This document shows, piece by piece, positions 1-13,000 of a stretch of DNA of 64,000 bases (positions are counted from its first letter, which is position 1; every line of letters begins with the position of its first letter). The notes under the pieces were generated by a model that saw only the letters and a list, made by a program, of their open reading frames with translations, was not told the DNA's origin and did no database searches. The translations under genes and the position numbers were made by a program. Location: contig OZ234493.1 of NCBI GenBank assembly GCA_965153455.1, positions 35,082,213-35,146,212 of the forward strand, given 5' to 3'. Source of the stretch: Sphagnum compactum. Lineage: Eukaryota.

Positions 1-1249
1 ATTGAAATCTTGTAAGTTGTGAACCTTTATTCTTCAGGTCACATTGTCACAACATCAACTCCAAATTCACAATGTAGTGCACATATTGTCACACTACATA
101 GATGTTTGTCTAATGATTTTCCATCTAGAATATCAAGTTGAACTTAGTAATGACTAGTTATTATAATGTACATTAAGCACCAATGATGAGTCTTGTAGGC
201 TTGCAATGTGGAATGTGTTCAATGCACATTTTTTATTAAATGTACATTTGGCCCTTTTAAGGTACTCATGTGTGGCTACATGGTAAAGTTGTAAAGACAA
301 TGAGAAAAATCAAATGTTGTTGTTGGGTGACAATTACAAGCTAGTTGTTAGTTGCTACACGCTACAATTTAGAGGCTAAAACCTTAGACCTAACCTTTAG
401 CTTTTAAGTGGTGACCATAGATTTAGGTAGGTCTTCTAGGAGGTGACCATTGATTTAAGTAGGTCAACTTTCATGTTATCCAACATGGTGTGGAAACTAC
501 TTGGAAAAAACCCTCCATCCAAGGGATATGATGACGACACTTTCCCACCTAAAGTCTACTTGTGGCAAATTTGGATAATAAAAGTGTTGCAAATGTTGGT
601 GAATCATTCCTACCCAAGCTTAAATGACAAGCTACACAACTTTTCCAAATGTAATCTGTGTTTCTTTTTTTCCATTGGGTGGTCATTGCCCCATTTTTTT
701 GTAACACATCGATGAAATTTTGTCAAAAAAGATCATTGAATAGACAAGATTTTGTAACATAGATTAAATAAAATTTCAAATCAAAACTTTGAACTATAAT
801 TGGAGATTTTTCATTTTAACAAATACTTAAAGAACAATTATACTTGAATGATTGATTATGTGATGTACTTCCAACATTTTATGTGTTGGAGTTAAATAAT
901 AATAGTTGTAATTTCTTGACAACTTTGTATTTTTTCAGAAAACACTTTTATTATCAATTTTATTTTTATTTTTTTGGTTTATTTTAATTATTGAATAGAA
1001 ATTTGGTTGATTGTCCTTTTTACATCACATGTTGCATAAATAAATTAGTCATTACAACTTTACTCCACACTATACATTGCCAACGACCATGAAATTGGAA
1101 GACTAAATTTTTGATGTTTGTTTTAATCGATTGATTTTGCATTAAGTTTCCTCACATTGTACAAAGTACAAACTCCAATGCCACTATTCATAGCAATTCC
1201 ATTGTCACCATCTTTTCCTACATCATATTATGTGTCCCAAGATGGATGG

Positions 1250-2200
1250 TAGTCGTCTTATAATACAAACGATTGTGAAGGTCAAAACATGTTTGAATCC
1301 CTAAGAGAACTTTACTTTGATTGTGTTTTGTTTTTTGTTTGAATATGCAATCCTTAAAATCTTCCTTTCAACATCTCAATGCAATGTTTTCTTTTCACCA
1401 AAAGAAAAGGAATGTCGACATTGAATTGAAAATTACCATGTAAAGAAATATTGTAATACTTGGGTAGCTTCGGCACTAATTATATTATTTTCAGTTTTGT
1501 CGAAATTTTTTTAAAAGTGAATTTTATATAAAAAAACTTTAAAATTCAATAAAGGTAGCCATATTCAAACCCATGCCCTATACATTGAACTCACATTAAC
1601 TTTGATCAATCTAATTGAAAAAACAACATGTAATTTATGAAAGCTTTTTTGATTTTGTTATATTTATTCATTATATGTAAAAAGTTTCTAAATCAAAAAT
1701 TATAATGCTAAATCAAAAACTTCAAATTACAATAATTATTTGACACTATTGTGCTGAAGCCACCAAGGTACTACAATAGTTGATTACTTGTATGTTGTGA
1801 TATGTATTTTTGAAAAGGGAGTCAATGCAAAGAGTAAAAAAAAATCTAATCTAAGTACTTAGAGAGAAATAAACCTTAGGTGTCAAAGTGTTAATCACAT
1901 TTATGAATTAGTGAAATCATGACTTTCATGACAAGATTTGGGAATTGAAGCATCATGTTTAAAACTATTTTCTAAGTTCACAAATAATTTTATTTGAAGT
2001 TTAACCTTCACCATGTAATAGTTTTCACGTTGGTTCATGGGTTCATAACCTAATGGAATCAAGGTTCCATCAATTGACCCCACCAATAAAAGAAAACCAA
2101 AGATCCTATGAATCTTTTACTTGAGCAATTGATTTTCAAACATTTTTTTAAAGGTTCATCTTAGTTGTGACACATTCAAGTTAGAAGATGCATAATGTAT
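1250..2200 (-). mobile_element. Decayed PIF/Harbinger DDE transposase relic
   Basis: The minus-strand ORF 1901-2086 reads VGSIDGTLIPLGYEP...YY..K (Harbinger G.IDGT.IP motif). A minus frame near 1350-1400 reads KRKHCIEMLKGRF (Harbinger EH.FG.LK.RF-like). Many stops and frameshifts; boundaries approximate. Confidence 0.7.
1451..1776. mobile_element. Old MITE with TA target-site duplication (Tc1/mariner, Stowaway-like) nested in the Harbinger relic
   Basis: Imperfect ~30-bp inverted termini (TTGTAATACTTGGGTAGCTTCGGCAC... and ...GTGCTGAAGCCACCAAGGTACTACAA), flanked by TA at 1449-1450 and 1777-1778. Confidence 0.6.
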
Positions 2201-2513
2201 GCACATGTTTACGAACAATGTTATGATGGTTAAATTGAGATTTCAAGGTGAAATAACGACGATAAGAATATTTGACTAGCTTTAATCATATGATGAAAGT
2301 TAAATTTACATAATATGTGTACCAATTGTGGAAAAAAAAAAAACTTGTTGACAACTCTATTAATTATTAAAACACGCCTAACGTGTGTTACAAAGAACAT
2401 TTTGCTAAGTGCATCGTGTGATACCATCAAACACTTAATGACTGGCAAAAGGGTCATTTATAATACAAGTCAATTAAGTTTGATGTGAAAATTTTCAAAA
2501 TATGGGTCACAAT

Positions 2514-2805
2514 TAGTGTTTCTTTTTTTTTTTTTGCAAATTTTTGCAAATCGGCAACAAAAAAAAGAGGGCTAGTGAATCCAATAAAGGGATTATTGAG
2601 ATTTTAAAAATAAATTCATCACATCTTGACCAAAAAAACTCAAAAGTCGCTAGATTTAGACAATGTGTTATTGTAGGTCATTAGAAGTAGGCACAATTCC
2701 AAAAGATATCTACTAGTCCACGAAGACAATTGCCATTTATTGCTAATTAATGTTGAGGATCCTAGCCAATGCACTTACTCGAGGAATTGGAAAAAAAAAA
2801 CTCGG
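2514..2805. mobile_element. Decayed hAT-type MITE
   Basis: Flanked by a near-identical 8-bp direct repeat, GTCACAAT (2506-2513) / GTCACAAC (2806-2813). Ends are TAGTGTTTC(T)n ... (A)nCTCGG. Its right half resembles 63195-63278. Confidence 0.5.
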
Positions 2806-3305
2806 GTCACAACCATAATAATTAGGTTTAAAAATTATTGTTATGAATTTAAAAAAATTAGGCTTGTTCAAATGCGTAGTTTTTGAGGCGAATTTTCACA
2901 TTACATCCAACATTTGAAAATTTGGAAATTTCAAATGCTTAATTCTATAGAAGCTAACTAGGTATACAAAAATTGCAAAAATGTTGGATATTTGCAAATT
3001 CAATGACTTGTTACCAAGTTGAAAGAGGGGGCCACAAAAATACATAATATGGTACAATAATATCCACATAGATTTCAATTTTGGAAAAAGGTATTTGGTT
3101 ATTTTAATATTTATTTTATGGGGAAAATTCTAAACTTTTGGTTGAAGCATTTGCAATATACAACAATAAGTAGAAAAAAGATAATCAATTAAAGAGTTGT
3201 TCATTGGATGAAATAACAAAAAGAATCGTTGTCTCAGTGGAAGAAAAAAACTTGGTTTATGAACGAGAACGGGTTGGTTCGTGAACGAGAAGTAGGTTTC
3301 TTACT

Positions 3306-3680
3306 TGCACGAGATTCGTTGGACTTGTGGACGAGAGAACTGGGTCTTCTTAGTCGTCGACTTGCACAAGATTTGCTCGTCATTTGTGCGAGAAGTGTGT
3401 CTCTTGCAGGAGATTCGTTCGTTCATCATTTGGACGAGAAAATTGTGTTTCTTATGCGTGATTTGCAGGAGATTCGTTCGTTCATCATTTGGACGAGAAA
3501 ATTGTGTTTCTTATTCGTGGTTTGCAGGAGATTCGTTCGTTATGTAGACGAGAAGCGGGGTTCTTAGTTCTTAGCTCTTACCCGTCGATGTGCACGACAT
3601 TCGTCCGGTATATGGGCGAAAACAGGGTGACTTGCACGAGATTCGTTCGTTACATGGACGAGGGGCAGGGAACGTTCGTT
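3306..3680 (+). repeat. Degenerate tandem repeat array immediately upstream of symplekin
   Basis: Motif TGCA(C/G)GAGATTCGTT...GGACGAG, with variants, starts at 3306, 3363, 3405, 3464, 3523, 3591 and 3633. The copies at 3405 and 3464 are near-identical 59-bp units. Confidence 0.85.
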
Positions 3681-3921
3681 GGGCATGGGAGGAGGAAGAG
3701 CTTGCGGGAGAGAGGGGAGAAGAAGAAAGAGACCAGTGGAGGATGAAAGGGATGGCGGCGGCGATGGCGTTGCAACGGCCGCAGAGATGGCCTTCTTCCT
3801 CGATGTTGTGCACAATTTGATGACTGTGACCTCCAGAAGGTACGTAGCAAAGCGCTCAAGGAGTGGTAATCGCGCGTAGTTGAAGCGTTGGGGAGGTGGG
3901 GGGAAGGAGAGCGTGGAGGTG

Positions 3922-6900
3922 ATGGCATCGGCGGGGCGGATGATGGGCGCCAGGGAGCAAGCCGTCGGGCTGCTCAATGAAGCCAAGATGCAGGCTGATG
4001 CCACTTCTAAAGTCGATCTGCTCAAGAATGTCATGGAAATCGTGCTGCATAGGGAGCCGTCGCTTCTGGCCGAGTTTGTACCCTACCTCATGGAATTGCA
4101 GAGCGAGCCTGGCAGTCCCGTGAGGAAGTACCTTGCTGAGTATGTATGCGCCTCCTTCCCCTGGTTTGCGTCTTTCTTTTCCTTTCTAACGGGCCACTAG
4201 CATGTCCTTGCCTTATTAGGTTTCCGTTTTTCTTGCGTTTTTAGGGTTCGCATTCGGAACTTTGTGTGTTTGGGTGCAGAGTATGTTTTAGGTCTTTGGT
4301 TTCATATAAGCTTGATTGTTATTTTTTGCAAAAGAAACTCTATTTGGTTTGCTTGACCCTTGCAAAACAATCGGCTTTGCATTGCTTCAGTCAGCTCCAG
4401 TTTTTTGCCTCTGCATATGAAGCTCCATTTTGGTCGCTGCATTCTGTTATAGGGTTTTGGGTTGTCTCCATATCCGTGTGTCATCTAGATAGAGCTTGGT
4501 TCTGTTCGAGTTAGGGGAATAGCAGTTCATTTTTTGACAATGTTACAGGAAACTCTAGAGTTTGTGAAATTTTTCCACATGACTGTGTGTCTTTTACTGA
4601 CCTTGCAATTGTTTTCATCAGCTTTCCAAGCAGGTATAGAAGTTTTTGTTTGTGTTGTGTTCAAATCTTTGTCTGATTGCTTCAGAGTTTTTTAGGGTTT
4701 GACATATGTGTGGACTAGAATTTTGCATTCAATTGTAGCTTTGGCTGCAATTTTCCTCACCTAGCTGTCCACATTCAACCCCTGCAATTCTATCTCCCTC
4801 TACCATAGGCGTCTTGAGCTACATTGAAAAGACCTATGGTAGAGGGAGATAGAATTGCAGAAAGTGGGGAGGATTGTGTATTTATAGTCATTTTTGCAAA
4901 GATGCCTCTTTGAGTGCTAGCCATTGTCATCACTAAGACTTCCTGTTGCTTCTGGAAATGTGATAGAAACTCAGATGCAGAATTTTGTGCAATTGTTTGC
5001 CCTAATTTTGTAGCAGATTATTGTCTGCTTATCTACACACACTGTCAGGAGCTGATGATGTCAGTGAGGAGTAATGGTTAGTGACTTGCCATTCAGGACA
5101 AAGGTAATGGTGTGATATCTTGTTAGTGATGCCCTCAAAGGGTTATGACCACCCTCATCTTATTGTGTAGGTTTTGCTTTTGATGTAACTGACAAAAAAT
5201 ATATATCTCTTGAGTGCTATCCAATACTTGCCCTTGAAAGATTATGCTATACATCTTGATTGTCTCTTTTTTGTTCCTCTTTTCTTGTTTGCGTTTTTTC
5301 TTTTCCTCTTCTCTCTCTTTTTATGTTCCTCTTGTTTCTTTGGTCTTCTGGTTCTCTTCTATGTTTTGTTGAGCCAGCCTGTATCATGGCTGAGTTTACC
5401 CATTACTGCTCTTTTGGCAGAACTCAGTATGTTGGTTAGTGTATGATGTTGACATCCACTTAATGCTGAGAGCCAATGGAATCACTGTGTATTTCATGGT
5501 AACTGGTCATTACCGGACATGTTGCGGGCGAAGGTCTCAACCTGCATTTGATTGTTGTTGTTCTATGAAACCAATCCTCACTTTTGGGAATTTTTTGAGT
5601 ATGGATGTTGGGATCTCTCCTCAGCCCTGCTGAGTCCAGGCTTTTGATGTGGAGTAAGATATGGAGGTGTTAGACTCATCTGGAGGAAATTCTGTGTTCC
5701 AGGATAGTAGAAGAAATTGGCACGAGGCATGTAGAGCATATCTCTACCATGGTGCCAGTGCTACTTGCTTTATTGCAGGATACTACACCTGCAGTTGCTC
5801 GACAGGCAATAACCAGTGGGAGCAACATCTTCCGTACCGTTCTTGAGCAGGTTGCTTCACAGGTATGTTGTTCAGTGACCTGAGCTCTCTGAGAAATTGA
5901 GAGTTTCATCTAGGTTGTTTGATCTCTTATTTGCCTGCAGATTCTTAAGCCTTGTCATGGTGTTATCATCATGTTTCAGAGCCAGGTTGAAGTTCCAGCA
6001 GGTTTTTTCCAGTGTTGTGAAAGAATCCAGTTTGCAGGGGTTAAAACTGGCGGTTCAGGTCCAGGTTCTTGTGACCTGGACCTGAGTTGACACCCTTTTG
6101 TTGGAACTGGCACAAGAACTGGACTGTGGAACTATTCTTTTACTAGATTTGGAACCAAAACCAGAACCATGAAGAAACATTCTTGAACACAGTGTCAGGG
6201 TCTTTAGGTAGGAAAGTTCTTTTTTTTTGAAAAGTTGATAATTATTCTGAACTTTATAGTTAAGTATTAATAATTAGTTGTTGAACTCTGTACCTATATA
6301 GACCCCTGTTTTAATTTGTTGTAAAACTTTGTACCCATACAATCTCTAGCATTGGGGAGTATGTAGTATGTACATGGAACCAGACCCAGTTTTGAACCAG
6401 GCCCAAAGGTTCTTGAATTTGAGAAAATGTGCCAGAACCAGAACAGAGGGGTTTAGAAATTAGAAGAGCCAGACTGAAACCGCCACCTGGAGAACAAATA
6501 AATTTTACTGTGTGAAAATGAGGACCAGAGGTTCTCTTATAAAGGAAGAACAGCACAACACTGGTTTTTTCTTCAGCTCACAATATAAAAGGGTTATTAT
6601 GATGCCAACAGTATCTGTAGATTGTACGGAAATCTGTGGAGGATTAGAGTCATTTGGTGTCTCGGCTGTTTGCTTACGGTGTACCATGGTATGCAACATA
6701 GACAAAGTTTGTCTTTCTCATGAATCTTTTGGGGAGCACAGGGCATATATGCTAGTCAGGTGGAGAAGCAGCTGGTTGATGCCTGGAACTTGATGATCCA
6801 CTTCAAAGATGCAGTTTACCCTGCTGCTTTTCAGGTATGCAGTGAACCCACTTTTGTAGGTTCTTGAGTTGTGTTGTAATTCCTCTGCTACTGTACACTC

Positions 6901-7016
6901 CTTTAGTCAATTTTTACTCGGGAATTGTAGCCATGCATAAAACTCTCTCTTCCCCAAATGTCTTCCAAACTTGATTCTGGGATCTGTCACCTAAATTATA
7001 GGGTTACATCCTATGA

Positions 7017-7056
<40 letters not shown>

Positions 7057-10000
7057 ATGAAATGCTGAAATTATCTGCTTGAGTACTTAACTTATTCTTT
7101 GATAATGCCAAGTGGTACTTATGAGGTTTCTATCTAGGGTATGTTTTCACCTGTTGTTTCCTAGACACCCACCCAAGGTAGTGGCTGTCATCTAGCAAAG
7201 TTTGACACTTTTGAGCTTTGGGGACTCAAATAACAGCATGGAAATGATGGAGTAAGGTTGCTGGCGGTGAAGTTTGTTGAGACTACAATCTTGCTCTTCA
7301 CACATGATCCCAATGGATCATCTCGACCTCTGCCAAATCAACAAAATTCTGATGGTGAGCTAGGCAGTCTGTTTATTTCAGCATTCAATGGTGATGTTGA
7401 AGTTGGACAGTACAATATGGTCTTGAATCTCATTTCATCAGTTTCCTGGCGAGTCTCCTGAATTGTCAGGTGTTGTAAAGGGCTTCAACATTGCATGGAT
7501 AGCTGGTGGACACCCTTTGTTGGATGCAAATGCTATGGGGCAAGAAGCTAGTAAAAACCTTGGGCTTCTGCTCAATCAACTGCGGGCACCAGAATCCTCA
7601 AGCCTTCCTGGCCCTGTTGCCATTGTACTTGTAAACAGGTATGTAAGTGACAGGTTTCTTCACCATTTCAACTGCTTAGATCTCATTTGTTATGGGAATG
7701 GAGTGCTACTGAAGGGACTTGAACAGGTTGAGAATCTGGTGAACTCTGTAAAGGCTGATCTTTGGGTATTATTCATCGTTTGATACTGCCTGGAGTGTAC
7801 ACTTGGTTAGCATCTTTTTCTGTGTTTCTCTGCAGCTGTTTCTTCCTCAGGCTGTACATTAGCGGTTTGCCTTAACAGTTTGGCAGGTATAGCAAAGCGA
7901 CGACCTTCTATGTTTGGGCGGATTCTTCCAGTATTGCTGGCACTAGCACCAGATTGTGAACCTATCAAAGGAGGCCAGGTGGCCAGTGTGATTCACACTC
8001 TCAAAACTGCATTCCTCTCTCTTCTCAAGTGTTCACAACCTGGAGCTTTGCCGGTATGATTCACTGGCTTTGGTTGGTGTGTGTGAGTCTATTATTGTTA
8101 TTAGTTTAGCAATTTATTTATCTGCATGCAAGGGAATCAAATCTTACAAAGTTTCTTATGTTTGGCAGTGGCGAGACCGCTTGACAAAAGCATTGCGTTC
8201 TATGAATGCTGGTGATGTTGCAGATCAAGCACTTAAGCAACTAGACAGGGCACAGCGAGCAGACCGGGATCGTGCATCCAAAGACCCTTGGACTGTCAAG
8301 GTTATAGCAAACCTTTCTTCAATAATCTTTGGCAATCTGACTTGAGATCATCAAAGCTTGATAGCAATTATGTTGTTATTACACCCAGATATTATATAAT
8401 TTTAAAGTTGTCAATAGAGTGATCTGAGCTCTGTGGAGGAGCATTTTGCTGGTTGTGCTCTGCTGAAGTCACTTGCTTGGTGTACATAGGATGAGGCAGT
8501 GCAGCAGTTATCAACAGCAGCAGTAGTAGAAGAAAGACCCTTTCAGAAAAGACCGGTTGCTGATGAAAATGGAAACCAATCGGTGGAGGCAGAGGAGAGT
8601 CTTGGTAAACGTATGCGTTTAAATCCAAATACAAATAGTGTCCAGCCAGAACTGGCTTCCCTCTCTTCAAGTGTTGCTGAACCTAGCTCTGGAAATGATG
8701 GTGTAGTCTCAGACAACAGCCTAGCACCATTGTTAGCATACTTTGGTGCCTTAATAGCTCAAGGAGAAAGAGGAGCAGCTTCAGTGGAAATCTTGATCTC
8801 CAGCTTGACACCAGATATGCTTGCAGAGCTTGTCATTGTGAACATGCAGCATTTACCTAGTACTCCCCCTCCTCTGCCACCAGGGGTTGGCCCTAGTGTG
8901 AGTGGCAGTCTGGTGACTCTTCTGTCTTCAGTTCCGTCACAGAGTGTTCTGCTACCTCCAGGATCTGCTGCAGCTGTGGAGACTTGTGTGCTCTCTTTTC
9001 AACCTATACCTCAACATGTTGAAGTTTCTCGAGATCCACGAAGGGTAAGTTAATTTCTTTTTTGGCTTTTGTAAAAAAAAAATGCAATCTTGGAGGAACC
9101 CATGAAGTTTTGATATAGGAACTGATTTTGACTTTGGCAGCAAAATGAACCTGGTGGCTGAATGACCCAAAAATGCCTTACCCAGTCTTGTGCTGCACAG
9201 GCCTCTTGTTGTTTAATTGTACATTCAGGCAGAGACTTTTTGACTTGGCTCTTGTCTACTGACTGAGAGTTTCTGAAACTGTCCCTCGACTTCAAGCTTG
9301 TGGTTGCATGGATTTTGAGGTTTTGTTTCTAAGCTGGGTGATGGTGATTCTATTTGAAGTGGTAATTTTGCCGACAGTCTCACCACCCAGCACTAATATC
9401 TGGTGTCTTGAACACATAAGGTGTACCTGGCCGCAGTCCATTTGAGGATTGTATCTGACGTTTGGGGTTGACCTTGGATGAAGATTGGTGTTGAGCTTTT
9501 GCAGCTTGTGTGCCACATTCATGGCCAAGGTGGTGATTTGCTAAAACTGTTAACAGGAGAGTGTTTATTATCTTGTGCCATAAAATAGTTTTGTCTGCAA
9601 ATGAAGAGTGGACATAGAGAACACAGTGAGGGTTACATCCTATGTTTTAGGTGTTGAAGTTGAAGAACAGATGGGTTTAGATGTGATGCTTATGTTTTCC
9701 AGGTGAAGCTTTTTCTTGCCTCTTAGCAAATTTCAATTCTGTTGCACATCAATAATAATAAACAAAATTTTCTTCTACCTTCAGACATCACCTTGTGTTA
9801 TGTGCAAACAATGTGACGTGACCCTATCAATGTTCCACCTGTCAACCTTGTACATGCTTTTGCACACCATGATTGGCATCATGTCCCATCAGTAGTCATT
9901 GATGCAATTTAGCCTCCTGGATAAGCTTGCTTTGGAAGACCCTCTTTTGGGTGCCAGAGAATAAAGAAGTCAGAGACTGTTGTTGGGGCTGTATTGGTTC

Positions 10001-13000
10001 TGTAAGCAGCTCTCATGCCACTGTAGTTGCAGCTGCACAGTTTTACATTATGTGCAAAGGGAGGAGGGTGGGCAATTTTGAGTTGTCTCTTGTGATGCAA
10101 ATGCATATACTCAAGCAGTTTTTAGTCTTCCTTGAACATTTGTCTTCCTTATGTCCATGTAGTGAAATGGTTCCAGATCTATGCTCTCTTTCTAGCTTGA
10201 GATTAAGGATTGTCTATGCTGAGAAAGTTTTACTTCAAGGCCATCCCAAATGTCTTCTACTTACATTGCTTTCAGTGTTATGGACATCTTTAACTTTGAT
10301 GGTGTTATATATGATTACATTTAGCATTGCTAAAATATGTCGAGGTTTGTCAGTGTGTTGTGGTCCTTTTCATTTGACTAGGTGTGGATTGGACAGATTG
10401 AAGAACACCATATATTGTGTAGATACAGTTCCTTCTCAATCTGCAATGTTCTTGAGAATCTGGACACATTGGATAAGCAGCAACTCGTGGTTTCCAGGAT
10501 CCATGGCGTATGGACCCACGGCGTGCTGCTGCTAAAGAGGTGGCTCCTACAGCTCTTTCAACACCAAAGCTTAAGGCAGAGGAAGTGGATCAGCTGTCAA
10601 ATATGACAGTTGAAACAATGACTCAGGCAACTGTGAAGGTTGAAGGAGCAGCATGTTCCTCAACTTTGAGCAGCAGAGACCCAAGAGCAGCTCTGTTGCA
10701 AAATGTCACCAATCACCCTCCTGCCCTGCCACCTGTTCAAGTGAAGCAGGAGCCAGTAGAAGAATCTGGGCCTCTTGCATCAACTCCTCCTCTGTCACCA
10801 CCTGACTCTTTGATGGCACCTTCCTCTGGTCCTGCCATTCCTGTGAAGTCAGAACCCACCAGTTCATTCTCTGTCTCAGCCTCAGCATTGCCTCATGATC
10901 CTCAACGTGGAGCATCATCAATAGCATCAGTAGGTCAGTAGAACTTTCTGGTTGACCCTTCAGCTCTAGGTCTCAGCTTGAGCTATTGTTTCTTTAATAA
11001 ACTCCTGTAGTTTGATTGTATATGCTTTCAGGTTGTGGTATTGGTTCAAAAGCTTGCTGCCACCATCTGTGTTGAATTCTGATGCCTGATAGTTTGAAAC
11101 ATGGGTGGGTGTGTTTGAGCAGGAGCAGGATCTTCAGGCGTCCCAGTTTCAGTTCCTATGCAACCAATTCCTCTTGTGCCATTAACTGAGGAACAGCAAA
11201 CATCATTAAGTAAAGCTGCATTAGTGCGAATACTTGAGGGTCATAAGACTATTGCTGCAGCAGGAGGTGGAGATCTCCGTGTTGCTTTGCTGGCTCGCTT
11301 AGTTGCCCAGGCAATCTCTGCAAAACCTATATTTGTTGATTTTGATATTGTTTTCTCCATTTTGAGGCAGCATTTTAATTCTCTTCTACAAGTTGTTTGT
11401 GGTCCTGTCTATTTTCTTCTCAAAATGTCTGAGACTTTGTTATGCAGCTATATTTCAAGGTTTATGTCAACTTCTTTCGGATGACAATTGCCTGATGTTG
11501 GGTGGCAGTCATGTGATGATGCGGAGGCATTAGAACTTCTTCAGAAACACATTCTAGCAGATTATCAGAGCCACAAGGTACGGATGCATTCTTGTACTTG
11601 AAGGAATGTAGAAACAAAGATCCAGGATCTTTTTTGTTGGTAATCAGCCCTTGAATTTCTGGCTACTTGAATGCAATCTTATGGGTTTGGTGGAAGATGT
11701 ATTAGAGGGAATGCTCATGTGCACTAGTGCTTCAACTTGAAATGTGCTGTGATGAGGCAGGGGCATGAAATGGCATTGCATGTGCTATATCAGCTGTATG
11801 CAGAACAAGCCAGCAATTCCTCAGAGATTGCAGTGTCAACAACAGCAGCTTATGACCAATTTCTTTTGTCACTGGTATGTCCATAATACTGAATGACTGT
11901 TAGTGCATGTTTGTGGTGTGAACAATGACATCAACCTAACACCTGCGGGATTTTCAGTGCATTTGAGCTTTTCCAATCAATATATCTGATCACTCACTAA
12001 ATATTGCAGGCAAGAGGGTTGAGAGATACACTACCTGCTTCAGATAAGTCTCTTAGTCGACTTTTGGCAGAAGCTCCTCTACTGCCATTGACGTCATTGA
12101 AGCTGCTGGAGGATCTTTGCAATCCAGGAGCTGTGGGAGAAGTAGCAACCAGTGACCACATTACACAAGGACTTAGTGCTCTTTGGAGTCTCATCTTGCA
12201 GCGGCCTCCCACACGTGACACCTGTCTAAAGATGGCTCTCAAGGCAAGCCCCCTGCCACCCCCAACTCTTTGCATGTATGCCAGCTATTTTGTATCGCAC
12301 ATCACTTGTCTAACATGCACAACCTTCTAGTCCGAACTTTCCTTTATGTGAGCTGTTCTTTGTGGCACATTGTTCATGTTTTTTTGGATATTCCCACGAA
12401 GGTGCTGCAGGAAAGAGTATCTATCCCTCAAAACAGTTCAAAAGGCAGGTGCACAAAGTTTGGCAAAGAGGACAATCAGGTGTGGCTGGTGGGTTGGAGA
12501 GAGATTGTACTGATCATATATAGTTGTGTTTTGCAGTGTACAGTTCATGAGTCTGATGATGTGCGAGTGAAGGCCATTCGCTTGGTACTGTATCTTCATG
12601 CTCTTACAAAAAATGTTGCTATTCATTTCTGTCAAAATGTGACAACTTTGGATCAAATCTTGCAGAGGAACTTTCTTTCTTCAGAATTCACTCTGGAACT
12701 TGGTTTACACAACAAGTTCTGAAGATGCATTCATCCAATTGATCAAATGCACAGTCCTCAGTGACATCATGCATTTAACGGTATCTTGTGTTCTCCATGC
12801 CTATTCAAGAAACTTTCATTTTGTTTGAGATCAGTTGATTGAGTGCAGTCAATGACTTGGGTAGTTTTTGGTCTATTTCTGTTGGTTTTTTGTAGGTTGC
12901 AAACAAGCTGTACCCACTTACCTATGTGGCTGAAACGATTGAAGAATTTGCAACCCAAAGTCTCCTTGCAGTGGTGGACTTTAAACCAATAGATGCAGGA

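Noticed and set aside
3306-3680. CRISPR-like array or real ORFs 3229-3567 and 3305-3547
   Set aside because: The inter-motif sequences are related to each other and the ORFs are translations of the repeat.
10498-10510. DPWR in place of the expected DPRR as an RNA-editing site
   Set aside because: This is a nuclear gene; a simple CGG>TGG transition explains it.
9927-10535. 202-aa ORF
   Set aside because: It lies mostly in symplekin intron 8, starts at a non-ATG codon, and has a Leu/Cys/Ser-rich composition typical of T-rich intron sequence with no motif.
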